A model generated the notes under the pieces. It was not told the origin of the DNA and did no database searches. It saw only the letters and a program-made list of their open reading frames with translations. Shown here piece by piece: positions 33,214 to 42,213 of a stretch of DNA of 64,000 nt. This stretch comes from Candidatus Magasanikiibacteriota bacterium. GTDB lineage: Bacteria; Patescibacteriota; Patescibacteriia; Magasanikbacterales; UBA922. Where the stretch lies: NCBI GenBank assembly GCA_043825135.1, contig JBDRSF010000066.1, positions 6,355 through 70,354 of the forward strand, given 5' to 3'. How positions within the stretch are numbered: position 1 is the first letter of the stretch; every line of letters starts with the position of its first letter. The position numbers were made by a program, and so were the translations under genes.

Positions 33214-35787
33214 TTACAAGCTTGCCTCAATCATGTCAGGGTTATTTCCACCATCAGTATCGCCCAATTTAGTTCTTTCCATGAGTTCAGCTTCAACTAT
33301 GTTTTTGTCTCTGCCATATTTTAATCTGGATAGTTCTTTGATTGCATTAGCTAATTCCAAATTACCTCTAACTGGTGGGTAGGCTTTCATTAAAAATGGC
33401 TTGCAGGCCTGATTGTCTATTAGAAGTTTTACGTAAAAAGAATATTTTGGACAATTTAACAAATCGTAGGATCCAAAGACGGGGGCAAATTCTTTGGCTA
33501 GAACTTCAGAATCATCTGGTCCAATACGACCAGAAAGAATAGTACCAACATTACCAAGCACAGCATCACGAACATCAGCCTTGCCTTTGTCATCGGTTAA
33601 TTGCCCCATGTATTGGTGGGCAATAATTAAATCAAGACGATATTTACGGGCTTCGGATAAAATAGTAGAGATAGAGTCGGTAATAAAGTTTTGAAACTCA
33701 TCAATGTATAAATAAAAATCATGACGATCTTCTTCGGCCATATCAGCTCGTCCCATGGCGGCCATCTGTAGTTTAGCAACTACAATCAAACCTAATAATT
33801 TGGCATTTACTTCACCGGTTTTTCCTTTGGCTAAATTTACTAGTAGTATTTTTTTATTATCCATTATTTCACGGAAGTTGAAGGCTGATTTTTGTTGACC
33901 CATGATATTTCTCATCATTTCATTGCCAACAAATCTACCAACCTTGGAAATTAAATAACCAAGCATTTCTGATTTGTGAAAGTCTGATGTTTTAGCCATT
34001 TCTTTTTCCCAAAAAGCCCGCACAACTGGATCTGTCAGTTTTTTCAAGTATTGCTTTACATATTCATCATCAGTAAACATGCGTGGGATATCAATAATAG
34101 TTCCGGGATTTTCTATATCAGCCATAAGTGTGAGCATCACATTACGCATTTGGTGTTCAAACATTGGTCCGATCATTTCTGGTGGAAAGAGTTTGTAAAA
34201 AATACCTATCATCTCTTGAACAGCAAAATCTTTTTGATCTTCGGTTTTAGCTTCAAGCATATTTAGACCAACGGGTCTACTAACATCAGATGGATCAAAA
34301 ATAACTACATCATCGGCACGATTTTTTGGGATATGTTCTAAAACTGCTTCAATTAGATCACCGTGTGGGTCAACAATAGCCACACCTTTACCATCCATGA
34401 TATCTTGAATAGCTAAATTGGCAATAGTTACTGATTTACCACTACCCGATTTACCAATAATATATAAATGGCGACGACGGTCAGGTTCTTGAAGGTGGAC
34501 ATCGCGTTTTATACCTCTATAATCAGTATAACCCAAAAGCAAGCCTTCGGTCGGAATGTTTTCTGGTGGTGGAGCATTGCGACCCTGAAGCCATTTTATA
34601 TTTGGCGCCTCAGTAGAATGGAGTGGTAAATGCCAGAAGCTAGCCATTTCTTCTGTGTTTAAAATTAAGAAACGTTTTTCATTAAAAGATCTGTAGATAA
34701 AGTCACGGATGATCTGAGTTTGTTTTCGGGGGATATTGGCAAGGAATTCATTACCGAAGCGATAAAGATTGTATTGACTATAAGCATTTATTAGATTATC
34801 CAAATTCATGCGGGCGGTTTCTTCATTATCAGAGGCACTGAGTAGACGAACAGTTACATCCATACCACCTTTGGAGAGCTTTTCTTCAATACCTTTTAAA
34901 GTCTCTTCCTCCATGGCTGACATTTGGTATTTATCATCAGTTGATCCTATCTCATCTTTTTTCTTTACTGTTCCGGCTAAGTCTTTGCTAACTTTTTTCA
35001 TCATCCTGCTAAAACTACTGCGATGAGCCACAAGATCAAACCTTTCGCCTTTTCTAACATCACGGACAATTCTAACTCCAGTCCGACGCCATTTACCATG
35101 AGCAGAACGAACTACGTATTGAATTGCCAGAGAACTCTCAGCTTCATGAACTTTTGCCAAAACATTTAAAAGTACTGATAATGGATCAGAGTCAGCTTTT
35201 TTGTAAGTTTTGAATGGGAAGACTTTTTTTTGTTTGCAATTTAAGTAGGCACCTACAATAGAACTTTTTTCAGTAAAAATATTATAATCAGTCATTTCAT
35301 CAATTTGGGCATGGGAATATTGAGCATGGATCTGTTGTTCTATATAAGCCTTTGCTTTTTTAGGTATAGCAATATAAAAAGTAATTAAGCCTTTGTGGGC
35401 GACCATTTCAAAAGAGATTGAATCATTTCGACCTAAAAGCCAACGAGTAAAACCACGTTGAGCTCGCATGCCAGCCAGAGAAGCAAAGATTGTTTCTGTT
35501 AGACCAATTTCTTCTCGTACTTGTTCCAATCTATCTTCTTGACTATTTTGTCCACCTTGGCCTTCAGATTTTCTTTCTTTGGAAACCATTATTTGTAAAA
35601 CGATTCGTTCAAATGCTTTGACTTCACGTAATTGGGTGCGAAAAAAGGCTCGAAGCATAAATAGCACTCCGATTATTAGTAATATCCCGATGATTATTAT
35701 GAGGAATAGAAAAATTATTGGATCATTGAGTAATCCGTTTGTTCCTGCTGTGAAGGCTGGTTGTGGAGTGGCGAAGAATTGGAACAT
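33214..35787 (-). CDS. Membrane-anchored FtsK/HerA-superfamily P-loop ATPase, type IV secretion coupling protein (VirD4/TraG/TraD)-like
   Basis: N-terminal TM helix; Walker A IIGKSGSGKSV, IVDPHGDL, Walker B YIDEFQNF, downstream LIIAHQYMGQL; 857 aa. Confidence 0.55.
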   Translation of the reverse strand: MFQFFATPQPAFTAGTNGLLNDPIIFLFLIIIIGILLIIGVLFMLRAFFRTQLREVKAFERIVLQIMVSKERKSEGQGGQNSQEDRLEQVREEIGLTETIFASLAGMRAQRGFTRWLLGRNDSISFEMVAHKGLITFYIAIPKKAKAYIEQQIHAQYSHAQIDEMTDYNIFTEKSSIVGAYLNCKQKKVFPFKTYKKADSDPLSVLLNVLAKVHEAESSLAIQYVVRSAHGKWRRTGVRIVRDVRKGERFDLVAHRSSFSRMMKKVSKDLAGTVKKKDEIGSTDDKYQMSAMEEETLKGIEEKLSKGGMDVTVRLLSASDNEETARMNLDNLINAYSQYNLYRFGNEFLANIPRKQTQIIRDFIYRSFNEKRFLILNTEEMASFWHLPLHSTEAPNIKWLQGRNAPPPENIPTEGLLLGYTDYRGIKRDVHLQEPDRRRHLYIIGKSGSGKSVTIANLAIQDIMDGKGVAIVDPHGDLIEAVLEHIPKNRADDVVIFDPSDVSRPVGLNMLEAKTEDQKDFAVQEMIGIFYKLFPPEMIGPMFEHQMRNVMLTLMADIENPGTIIDIPRMFTDDEYVKQYLKKLTDPVVRAFWEKEMAKTSDFHKSEMLGYLISKVGRFVGNEMMRNIMGQQKSAFNFREIMDNKKILLVNLAKGKTGEVNAKLLGLIVVAKLQMAAMGRADMAEEDRHDFYLYIDEFQNFITDSISTILSEARKYRLDLIIAHQYMGQLTDDKGKADVRDAVLGNVGTILSGRIGPDDSEVLAKEFAPVFGSYDLLNCPKYSFYVKLLIDNQACKPFLMKAYPPVRGNLELANAIKELSRLKYGRDKNIVEAELMERTKLGDTDGGNNPDMIEASL

Positions 35788-35809
35788 AAAAAAGGAAGTG
35801 CCTTTGTTT

Positions 35810-36021
35810 GCTCTCCCCCTATCAGGGGGAGCCCGCGACGTAAGTCGGGGAGGGGGTCTGCCGAAGCTGTAGAGTTTGTACTACTATTTTATTATCGGAT
35901 AGATTCTTATTTTTGTATGATGTGTGGTGCTTTATGTCATTTTTAATTATTAAATCATTCTTCCAGCTACTTCAGACCCCCTCTGTCACTCCGTGTCAGC
36001 TCCCCCTAATAGGGGGAGAGC
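35810..36021. repeat. Two CTCCCCCT-n-AGGGGGAG hairpins (35810-35832, 35996-36021) flanking an AT-rich promoter region
   Basis: gctctccccctatcagggggagc and cagctccccctaatagggggagagct. Confidence 0.7.
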
Positions 36022-36573
36022 TTACTTTCTGTCAACTTTCTTCAACGCCAATATCTTATCCGTCTTTATCTTCGCTTCTTGCTCTAAAAAGAATTTATTA
36101 ATTCCAGGGAGCATTTTGAGCCATTCAAAAATTAATTTAAAAATCGTCTTCGCTTTTAGGTGCGTCTTTTTTAGAAGATCGCGAATTTCAAAGGCAACCT
36201 GTTCGCCTTTGATTTTGAATTCTTGTTTTTGTATGGGTGTCAGTTCAAGAAAGGCATCTCCCAAATCTTCTTCCATTACTTTTTCCACTTGAATGGTTAC
36301 TTCATCGCGGACTTGGGGAACAGTAGTTGGTTTTTTCTTGGTGCCACGAAGTTTTGACTTAAGATTGCCAATGGATTCTTCCAAAAAGTTTTCTTCTTCT
36401 GCTGGGGTTTCGGGTTTTTTTTGGGTAAAACTAAATTCACCTTCTGGTGTAGTAGGTGTTTTTTCAATTACAGGTTGTTGAATTACTTCACTCGGAGTTT
36501 CAATTGCAATATTTCCTTCTGCTGGGGCTATATTTTTTTCATCTTCTGCGTGAGTGATTTTTTGATCGGGCAT
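36022..36573 (-). CDS. Hypothetical protein upstream of the T4CP-like ATPase
   Basis: 183 aa, Pro/Glu/Thr-rich N-terminus, no motif recognised. Confidence 0.4.
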   Translation of the reverse strand: MPDQKITHAEDEKNIAPAEGNIAIETPSEVIQQPVIEKTPTTPEGEFSFTQKKPETPAEEENFLEESIGNLKSKLRGTKKKPTTVPQVRDEVTIQVEKVMEEDLGDAFLELTPIQKQEFKIKGEQVAFEIRDLLKKTHLKAKTIFKLIFEWLKMLPGINKFFLEQEAKIKTDKILALKKVDRK

Positions 36574-36582
36574 AAAATAGTT

Positions 36583-36670
36583 GTAAAGTCTATAAAGTCA
36601 CAAAGTCTATAAAGCAAAAACATAAAATTCAGACAAACTGTTGACTTTATGGACTTTTTGACTTTTGACT
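36583..36670. repeat. Head-to-head TAAAGTC/GACTTTA repeat array abutting start codon of 36022-36573 gene
   Basis: gtaaagtc tataaagtc acaaagtc tataaagc ... gactttatg gacttttt gacttttg. Confidence 0.75.
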
Positions 36671-36798
36671 AATTACATTATACCAAAAAAATAATAAAAT
36701 AGCCACAAGAGAAAAAAACTGTTGATAAAGTTAGATTGACTCGTCTATATTTTTATGATAATCTGGAGATAGTAAAAAATACAACGAAGGAGTATGTC

Positions 36799-37026
36799 AT
36801 GCTTAAGATGTTTTGCAAGCAGTTCATAGCGGAATATTCTTTTCGTGTTTTGCGGAAGTTGATTTACGCATTATCCTTCGTCAAGGAGGAGAAGGAAGAT
36901 GCTGTCAACGAACTGTTCTTCTGGCTCAAGGCAAAATATCCCGACATCTGGAGTAGGTTGGTCATGGAGGAGACCAATCTAGAATACTGTCAGACACAGG
37001 AGTGGGAGTTGGAAGATGGATCTTGA
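36799..37026 (+). CDS. Hypothetical 75-aa protein in high-GC island (MLKMFCKQFIAEYSF...)
   Basis: AGGAG 6 nt before ATG 36799; GC clearly above background. Confidence 0.35.
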   Translation: MLKMFCKQFIAEYSFRVLRKLIYALSFVKEEKEDAVNELFFWLKAKYPDIWSRLVMEETNLEYCQTQEWELEDGS

Positions 37027-37270
37027 CAAGAGGAGGATTATTGGGGATTTGGTCAGGGGGGTCTTGGAGCAAGGTGGATATCCTCATGAGATGAAGGATA
37101 TTTTGGTGCTAGTTATCAAGGAGAAGCTGGTTCCAGGGTCTCGGTTGGGTCGAGGTGTCGAAGTTAGGCACTCCAATGGATTAGTTGAGGCAAGCTTCAC
37201 GATTCTTGAACCAGGTGATTCATCGCTCTTTTTTTCAATCTCCGTTCGCTCGAAGAGCGCGGAAACATAA
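37016..37270 (+). CDS. Hypothetical 84-aa protein in high-GC island, start overlaps previous stop (ATGGATCTTGA)
   Basis: Translational coupling arrangement; no motif recognised. Confidence 0.35.
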   Translation: MDLDKRRIIGDLVRGVLEQGGYPHEMKDILVLVIKEKLVPGSRLGRGVEVRHSNGLVEASFTILEPGDSSLFFSISVRSKSAET

Positions 37271-37332
37271 GGAGAACTTCAAGGAGGGAAGTTTGAAAGA
37301 TCATCTTTAAAGAGGTGGTTTTTTGATTTTAC

Positions 37333-37407
37333 TGTCATTGTGAGCCCCGATTCGCATCGGGGCGAAGCAATCCCACGAAGCGCAATGACACGGTGTCACA
37401 ATGACAC
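37333..37407. mobile_element. Short MITE-like element TGTCATTGTGAG...CGCAATGACAC (+ second GTGTCACAATGACAC), copy D
   Basis: Contains ccccgattcgcatcgggg and gcgaagcaatccc blocks of the family. Confidence 0.65.
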
Positions 37408-37413
37408 ATGTTT

Positions 37414-37956
37414 TTAATCACAAACCCCACTCTTCCACAACCCCACTTCACCATTTTGTGCATTTATTTCAGCTTGTTTGAATTCTGTCTGGTATTTGTA
37501 AGGTTTTATAAAAGTGAATTCACGGGCGTAGCCGTTTTCTATCATCCACTGATTGAAAAATAAACCATCATCACGGTAAATATAGCGGAGCAGGCGGTCG
37601 TAAGCGTCGCGATTATCTTGGGTCGGGTCAGCTTCTAGTCGGACTTTTTGGTTTAATAATAATTCTTTGGCTTTGGCAGTGGCTTCTGGGCCAAAACATT
37701 CTATTGGCTTGTTATAATCCACAGTTTCTGGCGTATCTATGCCGATCAGGCGAATGCGTTCAGTTTTGCCGTCAATATTTACATCAATTGTATCACCATC
37801 TACAATTTTTGTAACTTGGTAATAGGCTGTTTCGTCTATTTTAACATTTTGGGTTGGCTCAACATCCTGTGTCGTTTTAGAAACAAAAGCAAAAAGTCCA
37901 CTCAAGATAATTAGCGCGCCTAGGATTGTTTTTGTTAATATGTTGATTTTTGGCAT
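37414..37956 (-). CDS. Secreted thermonuclease (staphylococcal nuclease, SNase-like)
   Basis: Signal anchor; VDGDTIDVNIDGKTERIRLIGIDTPE...ECFGPEA...DAYDRLLRYIY pattern of SNase family. Confidence 0.8.
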   Translation of the reverse strand: MPKINILTKTILGALIILSGLFAFVSKTTQDVEPTQNVKIDETAYYQVTKIVDGDTIDVNIDGKTERIRLIGIDTPETVDYNKPIECFGPEATAKAKELLLNQKVRLEADPTQDNRDAYDRLLRYIYRDDGLFFNQWMIENGYAREFTFIKPYKYQTEFKQAEINAQNGEVGLWKSGVCD

Positions 37957-37962
37957 GTTATT

Positions 37963-38469
37963 TTAAAATTTTATCCAATAATGTCTAATCATTTTACCAT
38001 CTACTTTCAGTGTATTTTCTAATTGTCCACCATTTTTTTCAATTATTTTTTGTGATACGGTATTTGAATCTTCGCAGGTTATTAAGACTTTTTTGAGGTT
38101 GATTTTTTTTGCTTTAGCTAAAGCTAATTCTAAAATTTTAAAACCATAGCCTTGCTTGCGCATGGATGAGCGTATGGCATAACCAATATGTCCCCCGGCT
38201 TTTTTTAGTTGTTCGCTTAATTTATGACGAACATTGACATGACCAACAAAACTTCCCTTATCAACCAGCCAATAGGTGTTTGACGTAACCCAATGATCTG
38301 GTAGATTTTCTCCTTTTGAGTAATCATTAGTTTTTTTTATATAATCTCTCAAATCGGTTGGTTTTTTTAACACATTCCAAAAACCGTCCCAAAGTTCTGA
38401 ATCTTCAAATTCAACCAGACCTTCTTTCCAACTTTTTTCGTATTTTAAAGTTGGTGTTATTAGTTTCAT
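37963..38469 (-). CDS. GNAT-family N-acetyltransferase
   Basis: HIGYAIRSSMRKQGYGFKILELALAKAK acetyl-CoA binding motif. Confidence 0.75.
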   Translation of the reverse strand: MKLITPTLKYEKSWKEGLVEFEDSELWDGFWNVLKKPTDLRDYIKKTNDYSKGENLPDHWVTSNTYWLVDKGSFVGHVNVRHKLSEQLKKAGGHIGYAIRSSMRKQGYGFKILELALAKAKKINLKKVLITCEDSNTVSQKIIEKNGGQLENTLKVDGKMIRHYWIKF

Positions 38470-38482
38470 ATATTATTTATTA

Positions 38483-38899
38483 TTATTTCTTCAAATTATC
38501 TCTTATCTCCCTCAACAACAAAACTTCTTCATTAGGTTCACTTGGTTTTTGCTCCTCTTTCTTTTTAAATTTATTTATTTGCCTAATCACAATAAAAATA
38601 GAAAAGGCAATAATAATAAAATCTATAATTGTGTTTATAAACAAGCCGTAATTAATGGTAATTGCTGGAGCAGTGTCAGAGACTTGCTTTAGGGTAAAAA
38701 TTAGTTTGGAAAAATCAACACCACCAGTCAGCCAACCAATTGGTGGCATGATAATATCAGAAACAAGCGAGCTTACAATTTTTCCAAACGCCGCACCAAT
38801 TATAACACCAATGGCCATGTCCATGACATTGCCCTTCATGGCGAATTTTTTGAATTCCTCTAATTTGAAAGTTTTCTTATTTGATAAATCTTTTTTCAT
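38483..38899 (-). CDS. mscL: Large-conductance mechanosensitive channel
   Basis: [30 protein letters not shown] canonical MscL TM1 region. Confidence 0.9.
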   Translation of the reverse strand: MKKDLSNKKTFKLEEFKKFAMKGNVMDMAIGVIIGAAFGKIVSSLVSDIIMPPIGWLTGGVDFSKLIFTLKQVSDTAPAITINYGLFINTIIDFIIIAFSIFIVIRQINKFKKKEEQKPSEPNEEVLLLREIRDNLKK

Positions 38900-38993
38900 A
38901 AAATTTGTTTATATAAGGTTTTTTAATGGCACTAATAATTCTTCCTTTGGCTTATCTGGTAGATTGGGGTAATACTTTCAAAACCGTACGGGT

Positions 38994-40142
38994 TTATTCG
39001 TCCTCAACAAAAATATCAATATAATTTTTATACATATATGATTGTCCGTAAGTTTTATGTTTGTCTTTTGGTGTTAGGATGCCAATTTTAACAAATCTAT
39101 CAATGACTTTTTCTGCACCAACATAAGTAAAACCAGTCCATTTTTTTACATTATTAACACTAATAATTGGTTGGGCATATAATTTGGGTAACACTAACAT
39201 GGCACTTTCCGAAGCCCGTTTTCCAAAGGTGTGTATTTTGGCCATATCTTTTTCTCGCAGAGTAGTAATTTTACTAACAATTTCAATTGCTTCATTAGCA
39301 ATTTCTATTACACCATCTAAGAAAAAATCTACCCAGCCAGCAACATTACCGTGGTGATAACCAAGTAATTTTTCGTAGTATAGTTTTTGATGCTTTTTAA
39401 AAAAAGACGACAAAAATAATACCGGTTTTCCCAAATAACCTTCTTTCCAAAGATAAAAGGTGATTAACATTCTGCCAGTTCTACCATTACCATCTAAAAA
39501 TGGGTGGATCGTTTCAAATTGTGAATGTATTAATCCAGCTTTAATGACAGTTGGAATGTTATCATTGGTATGAATAAATTTTTCTAAGTCACTAATTGCG
39601 CGTTTCATTTCAGTAATTGGTGGAGGAACAAATCTGGCGTTGTCTGGTTTTGTGCCACTAATCCAGTTTTGACTTTTGCGGAATTCACCTGGGTCGGAAA
39701 AATGAGTGGTGCGTGCTTTTTGCATCAATTGTGCGTGCAATTCGCGGATAAAATGAAGTACCATAGGGAAATTATCTTGCCCCATTCTTTTGATGCCATA
39801 GTTTAATGCTTTTATGTAGTGGAGAATATCATCAACATCATCTGGAATATCACTATTAATTTTAGCTTCGGCGGTAATAGCATCTATCATTGTTGCCCGT
39901 GTACCTTCAATTTGACTGGAAGCCGAGGCATCTTTTCGTAAGTACATTAAAAGAAAGAAATCTGCATCAGGTAATAGTTTGGTAATGCCATCTAGCTTGC
40001 CAAGCAAACGGGAAGCTTCATTATTTTTTTTAAGGATTTTTTGGTCAAAATCAAAACCGTCCTTTGGGGGAAAAGGGTGGGGGACAAAGGCTTTAAAACC
40101 TTGAGATTGGGTTTTGTATACACCAATTTCTATTGTTTGCAT
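38994..40142 (-). CDS. Fic-family protein (class II-type, N-terminal SxxxEG inhibitory motif)
   Basis: Fic motif HPFLDGNGRTGR; N-terminal ASSQIEGT matches (S/T)xxxE(G/N). Confidence 0.85.
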   Translation of the reverse strand: MQTIEIGVYKTQSQGFKAFVPHPFPPKDGFDFDQKILKKNNEASRLLGKLDGITKLLPDADFFLLMYLRKDASASSQIEGTRATMIDAITAEAKINSDIPDDVDDILHYIKALNYGIKRMGQDNFPMVLHFIRELHAQLMQKARTTHFSDPGEFRKSQNWISGTKPDNARFVPPPITEMKRAISDLEKFIHTNDNIPTVIKAGLIHSQFETIHPFLDGNGRTGRMLITFYLWKEGYLGKPVLFLSSFFKKHQKLYYEKLLGYHHGNVAGWVDFFLDGVIEIANEAIEIVSKITTLREKDMAKIHTFGKRASESAMLVLPKLYAQPIISVNNVKKWTGFTYVGAEKVIDRFVKIGILTPKDKHKTYGQSYMYKNYIDIFVEDE

Positions 40143-40163
40143 AAGTTTGTATCTATCTTTTTA

Positions 40164-40371
40164 TTAATATATACAAAGTATACCAGTTTGTATAATTTAT
40201 GTCAAGAGATATATACAAACTTGTGGATAATGTTTAGTGCGCGTCCGATGTTTTGGCTCTCTTCTAATACTCCGGGAGCCTCTGGATTATTGAATAGTGG
40301 CTCCGAAGTGATGATATTTTGTTTTAAAATTTTATTTGGTAAGTTTGGCTCCCGGAGTCGGAGTTTGTGAT
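40164..40371. promoter_or_regulatory. Intergenic inverted repeats TATACAAA...TTTGTATA and CTCCGGGAGCC/GGCTCCCGGAG, plus DnaA-box TGTGGATAA at 40217-40225
   Basis: Direct reading between divergent fic and 40372-41247 genes. Confidence 0.4.
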
Positions 40372-41247
40372 TTATTCACCAAATGAAAGAACTTCATAAT
40401 TTACTCTATGTTTTTCTACGTTGAATGTTTTTTCAATTGACTCAACAACCTTTTCTCTATCATACGGTTTGCATGAAAAAATATCCATGAATACTTCATT
40501 TTCCAAACCATGAGGCAACACAAATGTGTGGATTGCAATGTGAGAAAAATCAATAACAGCAAAACCGGTAATGCCTGGATTTTCGGGTGCACCTTCCATT
40601 AAGTTTGGCCCATGGAGGATACTCATTCCAAGGGTTTTGATTGTTGTGATAATAAAGTTTTTAATGAAGTCTTTATCTGTTATTTTATCTCGATCCCTTG
40701 TTTTGAAGTCAAAGGTGATGTGAAACGCAGGAACAGTCATTTGATTAAAGCCAATGTATTTATCTCCGAGAAGAATCCCAACAAGGTTTCTAAGTAAATT
40801 TCGAATATTTTCAAACAAGAGAAATTGTTTCTTGTCATCTTTACAAAATGTCTCAAACCGATAGCTGAGGTCAGCAATCTTATTAAAAAGTAATTGATCC
40901 TTTTTCAATGTTTTATTTGTTATATTATTATTTTCTATCTCATCAATGACAAATTGTACGATTTGCATGAATGAGTGCATGGCCTGATGGCGATTATTTG
41001 ATAAAAGTTTTGCTTTCAGGCTGGTAATATCTATTATTTCTGATTCTATTTTAAGAGTCTTTTTAACATCTTCGTTATCAGAACTTATTTTATTGATTTT
41101 AGAACTAATATTACCCGAGTATTTTTCTAGTAGATGGAGTTGTTTTTTTAACTCCTTATTTATGTCGCCTATGTTTTTGAATCGATAATTCATACTTATA
41201 TTATTATGATCTATTAAATGTCTTAGTAAAGTTTCTCCAAGGGTCAA
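40372..41247 (-). CDS. Fusion protein: about 160-aa N-terminal domain of unknown function + C-terminal SpeH-type S-adenosylmethionine decarboxylase proenzyme-like domain
   Basis: C-term GITGFAVIDFSHIAIHTFVLP...VFMDIFSCKPYD aligns to AdoMetDC [20 protein letters not shown]...AAIDVFTCG. Confidence 0.55.
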   Translation of the reverse strand: MTLGETLLRHLIDHNNISMNYRFKNIGDINKELKKQLHLLEKYSGNISSKINKISSDNEDVKKTLKIESEIIDITSLKAKLLSNNRHQAMHSFMQIVQFVIDEIENNNITNKTLKKDQLLFNKIADLSYRFETFCKDDKKQFLLFENIRNLLRNLVGILLGDKYIGFNQMTVPAFHITFDFKTRDRDKITDKDFIKNFIITTIKTLGMSILHGPNLMEGAPENPGITGFAVIDFSHIAIHTFVLPHGLENEVFMDIFSCKPYDREKVVESIEKTFNVEKHRVNYEVLSFGE

Positions 41248-41333
41248 AAAGTGATTATATATAACTCTTTTATATCAAAACTAGTGAATTATTAAACTTA
41301 ATTTAGCTAAAAATAATTAAAAAATCTGTATTT

Positions 41334-41492
41334 CTATGTGGTTGGTAGGCTTTTATTATTATCCTTTTGTTTTTTGTTCGGTAAAAAATTCTTTTTTGAC
41401 ACGATTGATCGACCAGTTTTGCGTTCAATTTGTTTTCTGGCCGTGCCGGACACACGACCATCCTGCTGAACAATTTTTTTATAACTAACCAT
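41334..41492 (-). CDS. Small 52-aa ORF homologous to the C-terminal tail of the Bro-N protein (26826-27647)
   Basis: MVSYKKIVQQDGRVSGTARKQIERKTGRSIVSKKNFLPNKKQ... versus ...DAKRGGRIAGIAKEQLEKEIGKPVISKNNFLPKKK; no SD; ORF track annotates a different frame (41303-41557). Confidence 0.3.
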   Translation of the reverse strand: MVSYKKIVQQDGRVSGTARKQIERKTGRSIVSKKNFLPNKKQKDNNKSLPTT

Positions 41493-41521
41493 ATTAATAT
41501 TTTATTTTGTGTATATTTGCT

Positions 41522-41563
41522 GTTGACCGGTGATAAGATACTGCGAAGCGGGATCACCGGTCA
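41522..41563. promoter_or_regulatory. 12-bp inverted repeat TTGACCGGTGAT-n18-ATCACCGGTCAA
   Basis: Direct reading; intergenic. Confidence 0.5.
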
Positions 41564-41613
41564 ATATGGTTGAGCATAGCGAACCAGATATATGCTGTTG
41601 TCGGATGTTTTAG

Positions 41614-42168
41614 TTATGATTCCAATGCAAAAACTTTACCCTTCTCTATACATTTATCCCAATTGTTTAAGGGTTTCCCAGATACCCAGTCGAGCAATGC
41701 TTCACAGGGAAAGCCATGACTTACAATGAGCACTTTTTTGTTCTTATTTTTTGCGTTAATATCTTTCATAAAATTTATTAGACGATTCAAAGATTGTGAG
41801 AAACTCTCTCCATTTGGATAAACATAGTCATTATCTGGATGCTCTTTAGTGAAAGCCCTTGAAGCTTGATATGGCTTTAAATCTAGATCACCTAAGTCAA
41901 TGTCAACAAGTCTTTCATCCAAAACAACTTCACAATTTGATGTCTCAGCAAAAAAGGCAGCAGTCTCCTGTGTTCGGAAGAATGGAGAGGAAAAAATTAT
42001 ATCAAAATCAGTGTATTTCTTGGATTCTCTGCTAACTACTTCTTTCCCTTCTGAAGTGAGACTATAAGCTTTTTGACTCTCCATTTTACAAGATTCAATG
42101 CCAAGTTCATTGTTTTTGGCTTTCCCATGTCTTATTATGTAAAAACTGTTTTGCAGCTCTATATTCAT
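41614..42168 (-). CDS. Histidine phosphatase family protein (SixA/PGM branch)
   Basis: FYIIRHGKA (RHG) and VLIVSHGFP motifs. Confidence 0.7.
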   Translation of the reverse strand: MNIELQNSFYIIRHGKAKNNELGIESCKMESQKAYSLTSEGKEVVSRESKKYTDFDIIFSSPFFRTQETAAFFAETSNCEVVLDERLVDIDLGDLDLKPYQASRAFTKEHPDNDYVYPNGESFSQSLNRLINFMKDINAKNKNKKVLIVSHGFPCEALLDWVSGKPLNNWDKCIEKGKVFALES

Positions 42169-42213
42169 ATTAGTCTAAAGTAAGTAATTAAAATTTCTGA
42201 GAACTCCTTTGTG

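Noticed and set aside
32880-33382. ORF-track ORFs 32880-33173 (-), 33048-33272 (+), 33092-33382 (+)
   Set aside because: They overlap the palindrome/repeat-rich intergenic region and the 3' end of the ATPase gene on the opposite strand; no recognisable motifs.
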